Position numbers and translations under genes: made by a program. The notes beneath the pieces were generated by a model that did not search any database, was not told where the DNA came from, and saw nothing but the letters and a program-made list of their open reading frames with translations. Shown here piece after piece: positions 8,277-16,676 of a DNA stretch of 64,000 nucleotides. Source of the stretch: an uncultured Gammaproteobacteria bacterium (lineage in GTDB: Bacteria > Patescibacteriota > Microgenomatia > Daviesbacterales > UBA10151); NCBI GenBank assembly GCA_964415615.1, contig CAYQAW010000006.1, positions 495 to 64,494 of the forward strand. The letters are read 5' to 3'. Numbering within the stretch: position 1 is the stretch's first letter; each line of letters starts with the position of its first letter.

Positions 8277-9551
8277 ATGGAAGATATCGATGAGAGCAAA
8301 TCTGAATTAGAATCTCAAAAACCAATTGAGGCTCAAGCATATCCTAAAAATATTTTGAACCAAAAAGGCATATGGCTTCCGATTATAGGAGTAATTTTTG
8401 TTGTAGCCTTAATTGGTATAGGAATATACTTTTTAAATACAAATAAAACTAAAACGCAACCATCAATTAACCAACAGCAAAATGTAGTTGCGACCCCAAC
8501 TACCTCTCTTCAAATTAAAAAAGTAGAACCAGCAACAGATCTAGAAGCTAAAAACTGGCAAGTATACAAAAATAAAGATTTTACTATTAAATATCCATCA
8601 GATTTAAAGTTAGAGAATACGACTTCTGTTTTCGATTGGTTCGGTTTTAAAAACGCGAGCTTATTTAACATAGAATATACCTCAAAAAATGCCGAAGATA
8701 AAAAATTTTATAGTGTTATGTTTGCAATAATTAAAAATGCTCCTAAAACAACTGCTGAGGAACTAGCCAAAAAAGATATTCAAGATAATTCTAAGGGCCG
8801 AGAGACTCAAGTTTTAAGCAGTTTTGCATCATATGTTAATGGAAATATAAATGGTTTATATTATCTCGACCCTGGTGAAAAGTTAGAAGGTAAGAGATTT
8901 GGGTTTAATCACGATATTATCGATAAAGAACACGCCGTAGTTATAGAAATTAAAGATAACAATATTTTCATCTTTAAAATAGCGGGAAATAATTTTGGAG
9001 TAAGTGAGGAACAATTTAAATTAGCAGACAAAATTTTATCTACATTTACCCCTAATCAAACAATTTTAGTTGATAAACCGCTTGATGAGTTAATTCATTT
9101 TACCTTACCAAACGGATGGAAAATGGAAAAGCATAGTAAAGATGAACCTCAAATACAACAATCTTCTGGAACACTTGTAATAAAGTCCAATGATTGGGAT
9201 GAAAAAAATCCGCCTAACTTTATGCAGACTAACCGCCCAGGTTTAATTATGACGATCTATAAAAACTATGAAGGTTCAGTATATACACAAGGTGATAAAT
9301 ATAAAACAATTTACGATGAAATTCATGATCCGAATCCTGGTGGAGCAACAGACCATGATTTAACAAAGTTAACAATTGCCGGATACCCTGCCATTTCTTA
9401 TTTCTATACCTTTGAAGGTTATGAGCATACTTACAACATCTGGCAGGATGACAATATTTGGACTATTTCAGTTACCTCATATCAGGAGCCGAATTACAAA
9501 AACCAGATGGATAATTTCCTTTCTTCAATTTCCTTTAGTAAAGAAAACTAA
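8277..9551 (+). CDS. Surface protein, NQKG signal-anchor family paralog
   Basis: ILNQKGIWLPIIGVIFVVALIGIGIYFL N-terminal module, shared with the 4579, 41652 and 49785 ORFs. Confidence 0.6.
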   Translation: MEDIDESKSELESQKPIEAQAYPKNILNQKGIWLPIIGVIFVVALIGIGIYFLNTNKTKTQPSINQQQNVVATPTTSLQIKKVEPATDLEAKNWQVYKNKDFTIKYPSDLKLENTTSVFDWFGFKNASLFNIEYTSKNAEDKKFYSVMFAIIKNAPKTTAEELAKKDIQDNSKGRETQVLSSFASYVNGNINGLYYLDPGEKLEGKRFGFNHDIIDKEHAVVIEIKDNNIFIFKIAGNNFGVSEEQFKLADKILSTFTPNQTILVDKPLDELIHFTLPNGWKMEKHSKDEPQIQQSSGTLVIKSNDWDEKNPPNFMQTNRPGLIMTIYKNYEGSVYTQGDKYKTIYDEIHDPNPGGATDHDLTKLTIAGYPAISYFYTFEGYEHTYNIWQDDNIWTISVTSYQEPNYKNQMDNFLSSISFSKEN

Positions 9552-9599
9552 GTAGGACCTTATTTAATGTTAATTAACAGAAAGTTTCTGGTATAATAA

Positions 9600-9770
9600 C
9601 TACACCGAATGATCCTTGTGCCGCCAAAGGCGAGCCTCGTTTATTCAGACGGGGTGAAAGTATCCTTCGACTCGCTGCGCTCGCTCAGGACTTAGCCTTA
9701 CTGTTAGGGAGCGAATGGCAGAATACTTTTTGTAGATTTGCCTAGGCCACAGGGATCGATTTTCTGATAT
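9600..9770. other. GC-rich structured intergenic segment (candidate small RNA)
   Basis: Locally GC-rich (gccaaaggcgagcctcg...gactcgctgcgctcgctcagg) in an AT-rich spacer; shares the CGAGCCTCG near-palindrome with 7512 and 56897. Confidence 0.2.
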
Positions 9771-9776
9771 ACATAC

Positions 9777-9980
9777 TTATGCATTTTTTAGACCTAAAAC
9801 ATAAACTAAATCTGGTAATAGACCGTTAGATAGGAATAATCTGATAAACTCTGGCAGTCTGGCTAAAATCACATCAGGAGCTCCAGACGGGATAGTAGTC
9901 CCAGAGAAGCCCTGAATATATTGATATATCGGGCTAATCATGTAATTGTCAATATCGATTTTCTTCATAAAATTACTCAA
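9777..9980 (-). CDS. Hypothetical small protein
   Basis: 67-aa ORF, no recognisable motif. Confidence 0.3.
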   Translation of the reverse strand: MSNFMKKIDIDNYMISPIYQYIQGFSGTTIPSGAPDVILARLPEFIRLFLSNGLLPDLVYVLGLKNA

Positions 9981-9988
9981 TTTCGTTT

Positions 9989-10025
9989 AAAAAAAATCCG
10001 GCCCCAGACGGAGACCGGATTTTTA
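9989..10025. terminator. Bidirectional intrinsic terminator-like hairpin (A8 - ATCCGG...CCGGAT - T5)
   Basis: 6-bp GC stem flanked by an A-run and a T-run; on the minus strand it follows the DUF378 gene and reads hairpin + TTTTTTTT. Confidence 0.55.
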
Positions 10026-10047
10026 AATAATAACCAGTGAAAGAAAA

Positions 10048-10242
10048 CTATTTCTTCTTTCCTCCAACGAGCATATAAGCTTTATATGCTCCAGCCAGAC
10101 CAACTACCACATAAACTGCTTTAGTAAGGAGCGAACCTGCACCCAAAACTGATTCTACTAAATTTATGTTTAAAAGCCCTACTAATCCCCAATTCAAAGC
10201 ACCAACTACTAAAACCCAAGCTACTATCTGTTTTGTATCCAC
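10048..10242 (-). CDS. DUF378 family small membrane protein
   Basis: IVAWVLVVGALNWGLVGLLNINLV matches the DUF378 signature NWGLVG. Confidence 0.7.
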   Translation of the reverse strand: MDTKQIVAWVLVVGALNWGLVGLLNINLVESVLGAGSLLTKAVYVVVGLAGAYKAYMLVGGKKK

Positions 10243-10340
10243 TGTTAATCACCCCCTCTATACCATTGTTGTCATACTTCTACTTTGCTGTCAATATGGT
10301 GTATATTGGGGTGTTTTGAGATATAATAGGTCTCAAATAT

Positions 10341-10411
10341 TGCGGGATAGTGTAATGGTAGCACAGGGGACTTTGGATCCCTTAATCATGGTCCGAATCC
10401 ATGTCCCGCAA
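10341..10411 (+). tRNA. tRNA-Gln (anticodon UUG)
   Basis: Acceptor TGCGGGA/TCCCGCA, anticodon stem GGGGA/TCCCT with loop CTTTGGA, T-arm CATGG-TCCGAAT-CCATG. Confidence 0.85.
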
Positions 10412-10489
10412 CTTTTACAAAAATATATAATTACTACCTCCAAGGTCTGAAGCAATAAAAAGAGTTATATTTCTGGTATAGTAGAGTTA

Positions 10490-10975
10490 ATGGGCAATAA
10501 ATTTATTAATATCCCTAAATTAATTTTGTCTATTGGTGTTTGTTTAGGAGCTGGAATTTTAGGGAGTTTTTTTACTGTTAACTCTATTCCTACCTGGTAT
10601 ACTGCTTTAAATAAACCTGTCTTCTCCCCTCCTAACTGGGTATTTGCTCCTGTCTGGACAATTTTGTATATTCTGATGGGTATAAGCTTGTACTTAGTAA
10701 TAAGTAATAAGGAAAAAGGAAAAAGTAAAAAATGGGCAGTTCAAGTTTTTGCTGTTCAGCTTATATTAAATGCTTTATGGTCAATTATATTCTTTGGCCT
10801 TAAAAATCCTGCCTTAGCTTTTCTAGAAATACTGGTTTTGTGGGCAAGTATATTTTTAACAATTAAAGTCTTTTTTAATATTAATAAGCTTGCTGGGAAA
10901 CTATTAATCCCCTATTTAGCCTGGGTTTCATTTGCTACCCTTCTTAATTTATCCATAGTTCTTCTGAATTTTTAA
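10490..10975 (+). CDS. tspO: TspO/MBR family tryptophan-rich sensory protein
   Basis: WY..LNKP.FSPPNWVF.PVWTILY motif, 5-TM, 161 aa. Confidence 0.85.
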   Translation: MGNKFINIPKLILSIGVCLGAGILGSFFTVNSIPTWYTALNKPVFSPPNWVFAPVWTILYILMGISLYLVISNKEKGKSKKWAVQVFAVQLILNALWSIIFFGLKNPALAFLEILVLWASIFLTIKVFFNINKLAGKLLIPYLAWVSFATLLNLSIVLLNF

Positions 10976-11082
10976 TGGGTTAAAAAGCTACTAAAATTCA
11001 AGGTTGCCCTTACCCTTTTAATACAAAGGCTTCATGGTTTCCACTTGCTGCTTTTTTAAAATTATTAGGACCTTTACCAAAG

Positions 11083-12012
11083 ATGAAAAATAGGAAGGTT
11101 TATGAATTTGTCTATGACTCAATTGTAATTGGAGATGGGTTTGCTGGGCTTTCTGCTGGGATATTTTTGGCAAGGTACTTAAGGTCAGCTTTAATTATTG
11201 GAGATGAAAAAGGCAGATGGAATACTAATGAAATTAATGAAAATTACCCTGGTTTTCCTGGAGGAATTTCTGCTAAAAGCTTAAGATATCTGATGCTCAA
11301 ACAAGCTCTGCAGTTTGGAGTAGCGTACCAGGAGGATAAGGTTGAAAATATTGCAAAAAAAGGAAAACTGTTTGTTGTTACCTCAGCTAAAAACTTATAT
11401 AAAAGTAAATCTTTAATTTTGGCAACAGGTGTTGAGGACAAGTTTCCCAGATTTCCCCACTGGCAGGAGTATGTTGGTAGGTCCCTTTTTTGGTGTATTA
11501 CCTGTGATGGACACAAAACTATCAATAAAAAGGTATTGGTTGTTGGGCAAGATAATGAAGCTGTTTGTGATTGTCTTCAGTTTAAAAACCTTTCCAATAT
11601 GCTAACTTTTGTTACCAATGCAGTTGGAAGTAATATTTCCCAGTTTTGGATTAAACGTTTGCAGGATGCCCGTATCCCTTTTTATAACGAGGTAATTGCT
11701 AGAGAAATAGGCAGAGATGGTATGTTTGAAAAGGTGATACTGCAATCAGGTAAAGAAATTATTTTTGATTATATGTTTTCAGAGCAAGGAATGAAGCCTA
11801 AAAATAGGCTTGCAAAGATATTAAAAGTTGCTCTGACAGATGATGGATACATCATTGTGGACGAGCACCAAAAGACCAATATTTCCTTTGTTTATGCTGC
11901 TGGAGATATTACTAAGCCGTTTGAGCAACAAATTACAGCTGCTGTGCATGAAGGCTCAACTGCAGCAGTAACTGCAAATTACGACCTTTATGCCCCCTGG
12001 CAGAAGATGTAA
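11083..12012 (+). CDS. Thioredoxin reductase-like FAD-dependent pyridine nucleotide-disulfide oxidoreductase
   Basis: VIGDGFAG FAD motif and a redox CxxC (CITCDG); the second dinucleotide-binding motif is degenerate (VVGQDNEAV). Confidence 0.6.
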   Translation: MKNRKVYEFVYDSIVIGDGFAGLSAGIFLARYLRSALIIGDEKGRWNTNEINENYPGFPGGISAKSLRYLMLKQALQFGVAYQEDKVENIAKKGKLFVVTSAKNLYKSKSLILATGVEDKFPRFPHWQEYVGRSLFWCITCDGHKTINKKVLVVGQDNEAVCDCLQFKNLSNMLTFVTNAVGSNISQFWIKRLQDARIPFYNEVIAREIGRDGMFEKVILQSGKEIIFDYMFSEQGMKPKNRLAKILKVALTDDGYIIVDEHQKTNISFVYAAGDITKPFEQQITAAVHEGSTAAVTANYDLYAPWQKM

Positions 12013-12208
12013 TTTAAGCACCTAGCCTGGCAGCATTGATTGACGATACACGAGCAAAAGGAGGATATCTAAGGATTAAATTACGCTTGGCTTCAAAGAT
12101 ATTTGTATTGAGATATAGATTAAACGTTATACATTCTTCACTTTTAAATGTGAGAATTAATTTTAAAAATAGTCTATAATGTGATTAGTATTTTGGTATA
12201 TTAAAGCA

Positions 12209-13279
12209 ATGGATAAGGCTTCACGAAAACTCAGTAATATACAGACTCCTTCTTTATTTGCCCCTGATCATAAAATAGAAAATGCAGATTTTACATTTAT
12301 AGACTTATTTGCTGGCATTGGTGGTACCAGATTGGGATTTGAAGAAGCTGGTGGAGAATGTGTCTTTACTTCTGAATGGGATCAAGATTGTCAAAAAACT
12401 TATCAGGCTAACTTTGGTGAAATTCCCCACGGTGATATAACCAAGATTGATGAAAAAGAGATCCCTAACTATGATGTTCTTGTTGCAGGTTTCCCTTGTC
12501 AGCCATTTAGCTCGATTGGTAAAAGGCAAGGATTTATGCATGCTACGCAGGGTACTTTATTCTATGACATTTTGAGGATTTTAAAATACAAACAGAGTAA
12601 TGGGCAACCAAGTGCGTTTCTACTTGAAAACGTACCAGGATTAGTAACTCATGATCGAGGTGACACCTTCAAAACCATATTAAAATCCTTGGATGAGATA
12701 GGTTATAAGGTTTTCTATAAAGTTTTTAATGCTGCGGATTTTGGTGTACCACAACAGAGGAAAAGAATATATATAGTTGGGTTGAGGAAAGATTTGTTTG
12801 GCGGTGTTGAATTTGATTTCCCCGAACCCACTGGTAAAAAGGCTTACATAAACGATTACTTAGAAACAAATGTAAAGGGATATTCTATTTCGGAACATCT
12901 TCAGCAAACTTACTTGTTTAAAAAAGATGATGGTAGACCCATGATTATAGATAAAAACTCTAAGATACAAGTTAAGACTTTAGTCTCTACTTACCATAAA
13001 ATTCAAAGATTAACAGGGACTTTTGTGAGAGATGGTGAAACAGGTTTAAGGCTACTAACTGTAAGTGAATGTAAAGCCATCATGGGTTTCCCCCAAGATT
13101 TCATAATTCCTGTCTCAAGAACTCAAATGTATAGGCAGATGGGTAATTCTGTAGCAATTCCAGCAGTAGCAGCAGTTGCAAAACAGATTGCAAAAAAGCT
13201 AAAATCTCTTAAAGTTACCAATAAAGACTATGCCCCAGTTGTGGCAACTGGTTTTATAGGAGCAACGCAATATGGATGA
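12209..13279 (+). CDS. DNA (cytosine-5)-methyltransferase, type II RM methylase
   Basis: Motif I DLFAGIGG, motif IV PCQPFS, motif VI ENVPGL, C-terminal GNSV. Confidence 0.9.
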   Translation: MDKASRKLSNIQTPSLFAPDHKIENADFTFIDLFAGIGGTRLGFEEAGGECVFTSEWDQDCQKTYQANFGEIPHGDITKIDEKEIPNYDVLVAGFPCQPFSSIGKRQGFMHATQGTLFYDILRILKYKQSNGQPSAFLLENVPGLVTHDRGDTFKTILKSLDEIGYKVFYKVFNAADFGVPQQRKRIYIVGLRKDLFGGVEFDFPEPTGKKAYINDYLETNVKGYSISEHLQQTYLFKKDDGRPMIIDKNSKIQVKTLVSTYHKIQRLTGTFVRDGETGLRLLTVSECKAIMGFPQDFIIPVSRTQMYRQMGNSVAIPAVAAVAKQIAKKLKSLKVTNKDYAPVVATGFIGATQYG

Positions 13280-13880
13280 TTTTGAAGATTTAGATAAAAG
13301 TCAGACAGCTAAAGAAGTAGTTAAAGAGCTTATTCCAGATATTAAAATAGATCCTAATTTCAAGCCAAGTGAATTTATAAAAAAGTATTGGGCAAAGTAT
13401 CAGGATAATTTTCCAAGTAATCAGAATATCAACGGTAAGGTATTTGAAGAACTTATAGCTATTACCTTAATCCGTGCTGGAATAATGCCTTTTTATATGC
13501 AGGCAAAAGTTGCCTTCATACCCTATGTAAATTATGACCTTATAATTTATGCCAATGATATTGGCCCTATTTCACTAAGTATCAAAACAAGTCTAAGGGA
13601 ACGGTGGAAACAGGCGGACTTAGAAGCAGTAGCATTAAAATACATTCACAGAAAGTCAAAATCATTCGTCATTACACTTGATACTGATGCTGTCAGAAGA
13701 CGTAGGATTGATCCTAGCGAAGCAATGGGAATAAATGGCTTTATTTTAGCCGGTACAGATGAACTGGATAAAATGTTGGATGAAATCCGTGGGTATCAGA
13801 TAGAACTTTCTCCCACTGTTGAAGTTGTTAGCTCAAGTGTAGTGATAACTTCAGAAAATTACTCTCAAAGATACTCGTAA
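13272..13880 (+). CDS. Putative type II restriction endonuclease, partner of the upstream methylase
   Basis: Start overlaps the methylase stop (ATGGATGA); candidate PD...(S/E)xK core YDLIIY...SLSIKTS; no recognisable family. Confidence 0.45.
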   Translation: MDDFEDLDKSQTAKEVVKELIPDIKIDPNFKPSEFIKKYWAKYQDNFPSNQNINGKVFEELIAITLIRAGIMPFYMQAKVAFIPYVNYDLIIYANDIGPISLSIKTSLRERWKQADLEAVALKYIHRKSKSFVITLDTDAVRRRRIDPSEAMGINGFILAGTDELDKMLDEIRGYQIELSPTVEVVSSSVVITSENYSQRYS

Positions 13881-13894
13881 GCTATAATTTTATG

Positions 13895-14701
13895 CTAATT
13901 GGCGTAGATGACGAAGGTGAATAATTTGTTGCCCAAACCAAAGTTTCTCTCAAACACTGCTGTACGTCCTTGCTTTTTAACTAATCTGCCCCACTCTGCT
14001 GGATTATCGTAGTTGCCCTGACTTGCGGAAAGCGTCTGACTAAGAGTTGTAGTCAAATCAAGATGATCATATATTAATGCTAGTTCGTCGTAATCATGTT
14101 GGTTAGGATGCTGATTTGTGCTTGGATCAGATGTATAATCCATACAGCTACCTACATTTGCATTATTAAAATTCACATCCTGATGATCCAGACCTAAAGT
14201 ATGGCCGACCTCTTGGCATAAGACTAGATTACGCCAGGCAAGGGTGTTATAAGTAGAGGTATTAAAATAAGTATCATTTACTTTGGTAATTCCTTGTACT
14301 ATATGCAGACCGCTAGCCCAAATTTGCGCTAAACCTAACCAGCCATTATTTCCATACTGGGAGTTGCAGACTTCAACCCGGCCTGAAGTAGGCCTACAAT
14401 TGCGGGCTTTTGTACCACCGGTAACAATTGATGTATCCAAAACAGACGAAATACTCCAATCAGTGGAAGTAGTTTGAAGAACCGGGTCCCATTTGAGAGA
14501 AAGATTATCACCTAATTTCAAGTTGAACGGATTTGCAGTCCTGGCCCAATGATATCCACCCCAGGAATGATCAGCATAGGTAACTGAAGGATAAAGGATA
14601 CTTATAAAAATTGCCGCGGTAAACAGAAATACAGTTGAAATAAACCTTGAGCAGATTTTATTCATTATTATAATTGTTACAGATATCCTGATGGTTGTCA
14701 A
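13895..14701 (-). CDS. Secreted metzincin-like metalloprotease with a variant zinc motif QEVGHTLGLDH and a Met-turn
   Basis: Signal peptide (probable start MNKICSRF...); QEVGHTLGLDH fits HExxHxxGxxH with Gln at the first His position; SCMDY Met-turn. Confidence 0.55.
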   Translation of the reverse strand: MTTIRISVTIIIMNKICSRFISTVFLFTAAIFISILYPSVTYADHSWGGYHWARTANPFNLKLGDNLSLKWDPVLQTTSTDWSISSVLDTSIVTGGTKARNCRPTSGRVEVCNSQYGNNGWLGLAQIWASGLHIVQGITKVNDTYFNTSTYNTLAWRNLVLCQEVGHTLGLDHQDVNFNNANVGSCMDYTSDPSTNQHPNQHDYDELALIYDHLDLTTTLSQTLSASQGNYDNPAEWGRLVKKQGRTAVFERNFGLGNKLFTFVIYAN

Positions 14702-15663
14702 GGACTTATTGTGGTGGTATAATCCCTATCTTCATGAGTATACCTGCCTTAATTGCCCTGGTTGTTGCAATAGTTACAATATCTGCTGGAGCGTTTACAC
14801 CTTTATTTGGAAATCCCTTCCAAAAGAAATCAGACTTAAGGACTAAAAAAGCAGAGCTGTCTGTCGTACCGGATTCCCAGATTAAACCGGGATCAACCCC
14901 TACACCAATACCTACACCACAACCAACCCCGATTAAATCGGGGCCAACATCAATACCAACACTTACCCCTACGCCATCCCCTGCTCAAGTATTAGCTGTA
15001 TCTTCTCCTGTTTTAAACTTTAGCCTTCTTAACTGGAAGCTGACATTACCTGTTGGATCTTCCAAAAGCCCTACAGAAATAAGACAACCAGCTTTGGATA
15101 CATACCAGATTGATCCCTGGTTTATAGTTACAGCGGAAAATGCAATCAGATTTAGAGCTCCAGTTAACGGTGTGACAACAGGAGGGTCTAAATATCCCCG
15201 TTCCGAGCTGCGGGAGATGACAGATGGGGGTACTGCAAATGCCGGTTGGTCTTCTACAAAAGGAACACATACATTATTTTTGGATGAGGCAATTACCCAT
15301 CTTCCAAAAACAAAACCCCATATTGTGGCTGGGCAAATCCATGACAGCAGCGATGATATTATGGTTATCCGCCTAGAATCATCTAATTTATATGTAAATG
15401 TGAATGGGAAAAATGTCTATAAACTTGATTCAAATTATACCTTGGGAAAAAGATTTACCATAAAATTTACAATAAACGGGGGAAAAAGTGCAGTTTACTA
15501 CAATGACAGCGCCAGTCCTGTTTATACTCTAAACAAAAATTATTCTGGAGCTTATTTTAAAGCTGGCGCTTATACCCAATCCAACTGCAGTAAGGAAGGT
15601 TCAAATCTTTGCAAAGCTGATAATTATGGTGAAGTTATGATCTACAGATTAAAGCTGGACTGA
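14695..15663 (+). CDS. Polysaccharide lyase family 7-like (alginate/polyuronide lyase) with N-terminal TM and a Pro/Thr-rich linker
   Basis: PL7 conserved blocks RSELRE, QIHD, YFKAGAYTQ; probable real start at MSIPALIAL. Confidence 0.6.
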   Translation: MSRTYCGGIIPIFMSIPALIALVVAIVTISAGAFTPLFGNPFQKKSDLRTKKAELSVVPDSQIKPGSTPTPIPTPQPTPIKSGPTSIPTLTPTPSPAQVLAVSSPVLNFSLLNWKLTLPVGSSKSPTEIRQPALDTYQIDPWFIVTAENAIRFRAPVNGVTTGGSKYPRSELREMTDGGTANAGWSSTKGTHTLFLDEAITHLPKTKPHIVAGQIHDSSDDIMVIRLESSNLYVNVNGKNVYKLDSNYTLGKRFTIKFTINGGKSAVYYNDSASPVYTLNKNYSGAYFKAGAYTQSNCSKEGSNLCKADNYGEVMIYRLKLD

Positions 15664-16675
15664 ACTTTTCACCATAGGAACCTGCCAAATCTCCGCCCCT
15701 ATTTTCAGACATAGTATTGCCACAAATTTTCCCCTGGGGAATCCTTTCAAATTTAATACCGCCTTTGTCATTTCCTCGTATGAGATTACTATAGACATTA
15801 TTATTTATTCCATCCTTCTTGCGGTCTCCTCCTAAGCGTATTCCTGCCCCTAAATTTTCAAAAATATTATTGTTGCGGAAAGTATTATTGCTTCCCCGGG
15901 CATCCATCCCCCCGGAATCAGGGTCTTTTTGTCCGGTGCAACTGTTTCCTTCTACCAGGTTTTCTTTTGAAGATTCCTTTATGTCTACACACTCATTGCC
16001 TTGGGTATTGATGATGTTACCGGCAATCCAGTTATTGCTGGACTGATCCGGGTCACCAGTGGGATTTTTCTCATCATTTAATTGTTCCGGAGCAGTGCCA
16101 ATATAAATCCCCTCTCCGTTTTTCCCACTTTTTTTAAAACGGAAATCATATATACCGCAATTGCGGATGGTGTTATTTCTGATTTCGTTTTTTTGAGCAA
16201 AATAGCGCAGCCTGATACATTCACCGCCGGCATTTTGAATAGTCATTCCGGTGATTTTTAAACCAGTTACTCCTTTGCCTGGTTGCCTGCCGGCAACATA
16301 GAGCAGTTTATCTCTAAAATCAGAAGCTCTAGTTCCAGTACCAAATTGCCCGTCAATAGTAAATCCTTTTAAACTAATGTAGCTGTGATTTATTTCAAAA
16401 ACATGGGGTTTTCCACTACCTACAACAATTGCGCTTTTTGGTCCAACTATAGTAATTGGCAAGTTAGGTTTTCCATCTTTTTTGCTTTGGATATCCTGCC
16501 TATAAGTACCAGCAGATAAATAGATGAAATCCCCGGGTTTTGCTAAATCAATGGCTTTTTGAATGCTGTTTTCTTCATTTGGATCGATATAATATGCAGT
16601 GCCCAGTTTTGGCCTGGTAGCAAAATAAGCAAATAATGATAGAATAACCAGCAAGACCAGCAACCGGTTTATCAC
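15635..16675 (-). CDS. Secreted right-handed parallel beta-helix protein (pectate-lyase/C5-epimerase-like fold)
   Basis: Repeated NNTIRNCGI / GNIINTQGNECVDI / NNNIFENLGAGIRL coils; N-terminal signal anchor. Confidence 0.6.
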   Translation of the reverse strand: MINRLLVLLVILSLFAYFATRPKLGTAYYIDPNEENSIQKAIDLAKPGDFIYLSAGTYRQDIQSKKDGKPNLPITIVGPKSAIVVGSGKPHVFEINHSYISLKGFTIDGQFGTGTRASDFRDKLLYVAGRQPGKGVTGLKITGMTIQNAGGECIRLRYFAQKNEIRNNTIRNCGIYDFRFKKSGKNGEGIYIGTAPEQLNDEKNPTGDPDQSSNNWIAGNIINTQGNECVDIKESSKENLVEGNSCTGQKDPDSGGMDARGSNNTFRNNNIFENLGAGIRLGGDRKKDGINNNVYSNLIRGNDKGGIKFERIPQGKICGNTMSENRGGDLAGSYGEKFSPALICRS

Positions 16676-16676
16676 A

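Noticed and set aside
9989-10025. Classifying all four palindromic repeats A-D as intrinsic terminators
   Set aside because: Unlike the 9989-10025 hairpin, the repeats lack a U/T tract after the stem, so a canonical rho-independent terminator role is not supported.
10166-10450. 94-aa + strand ORF
   Set aside because: Overlaps tRNA-Gln and the DUF378 gene antisense; low-complexity translation.
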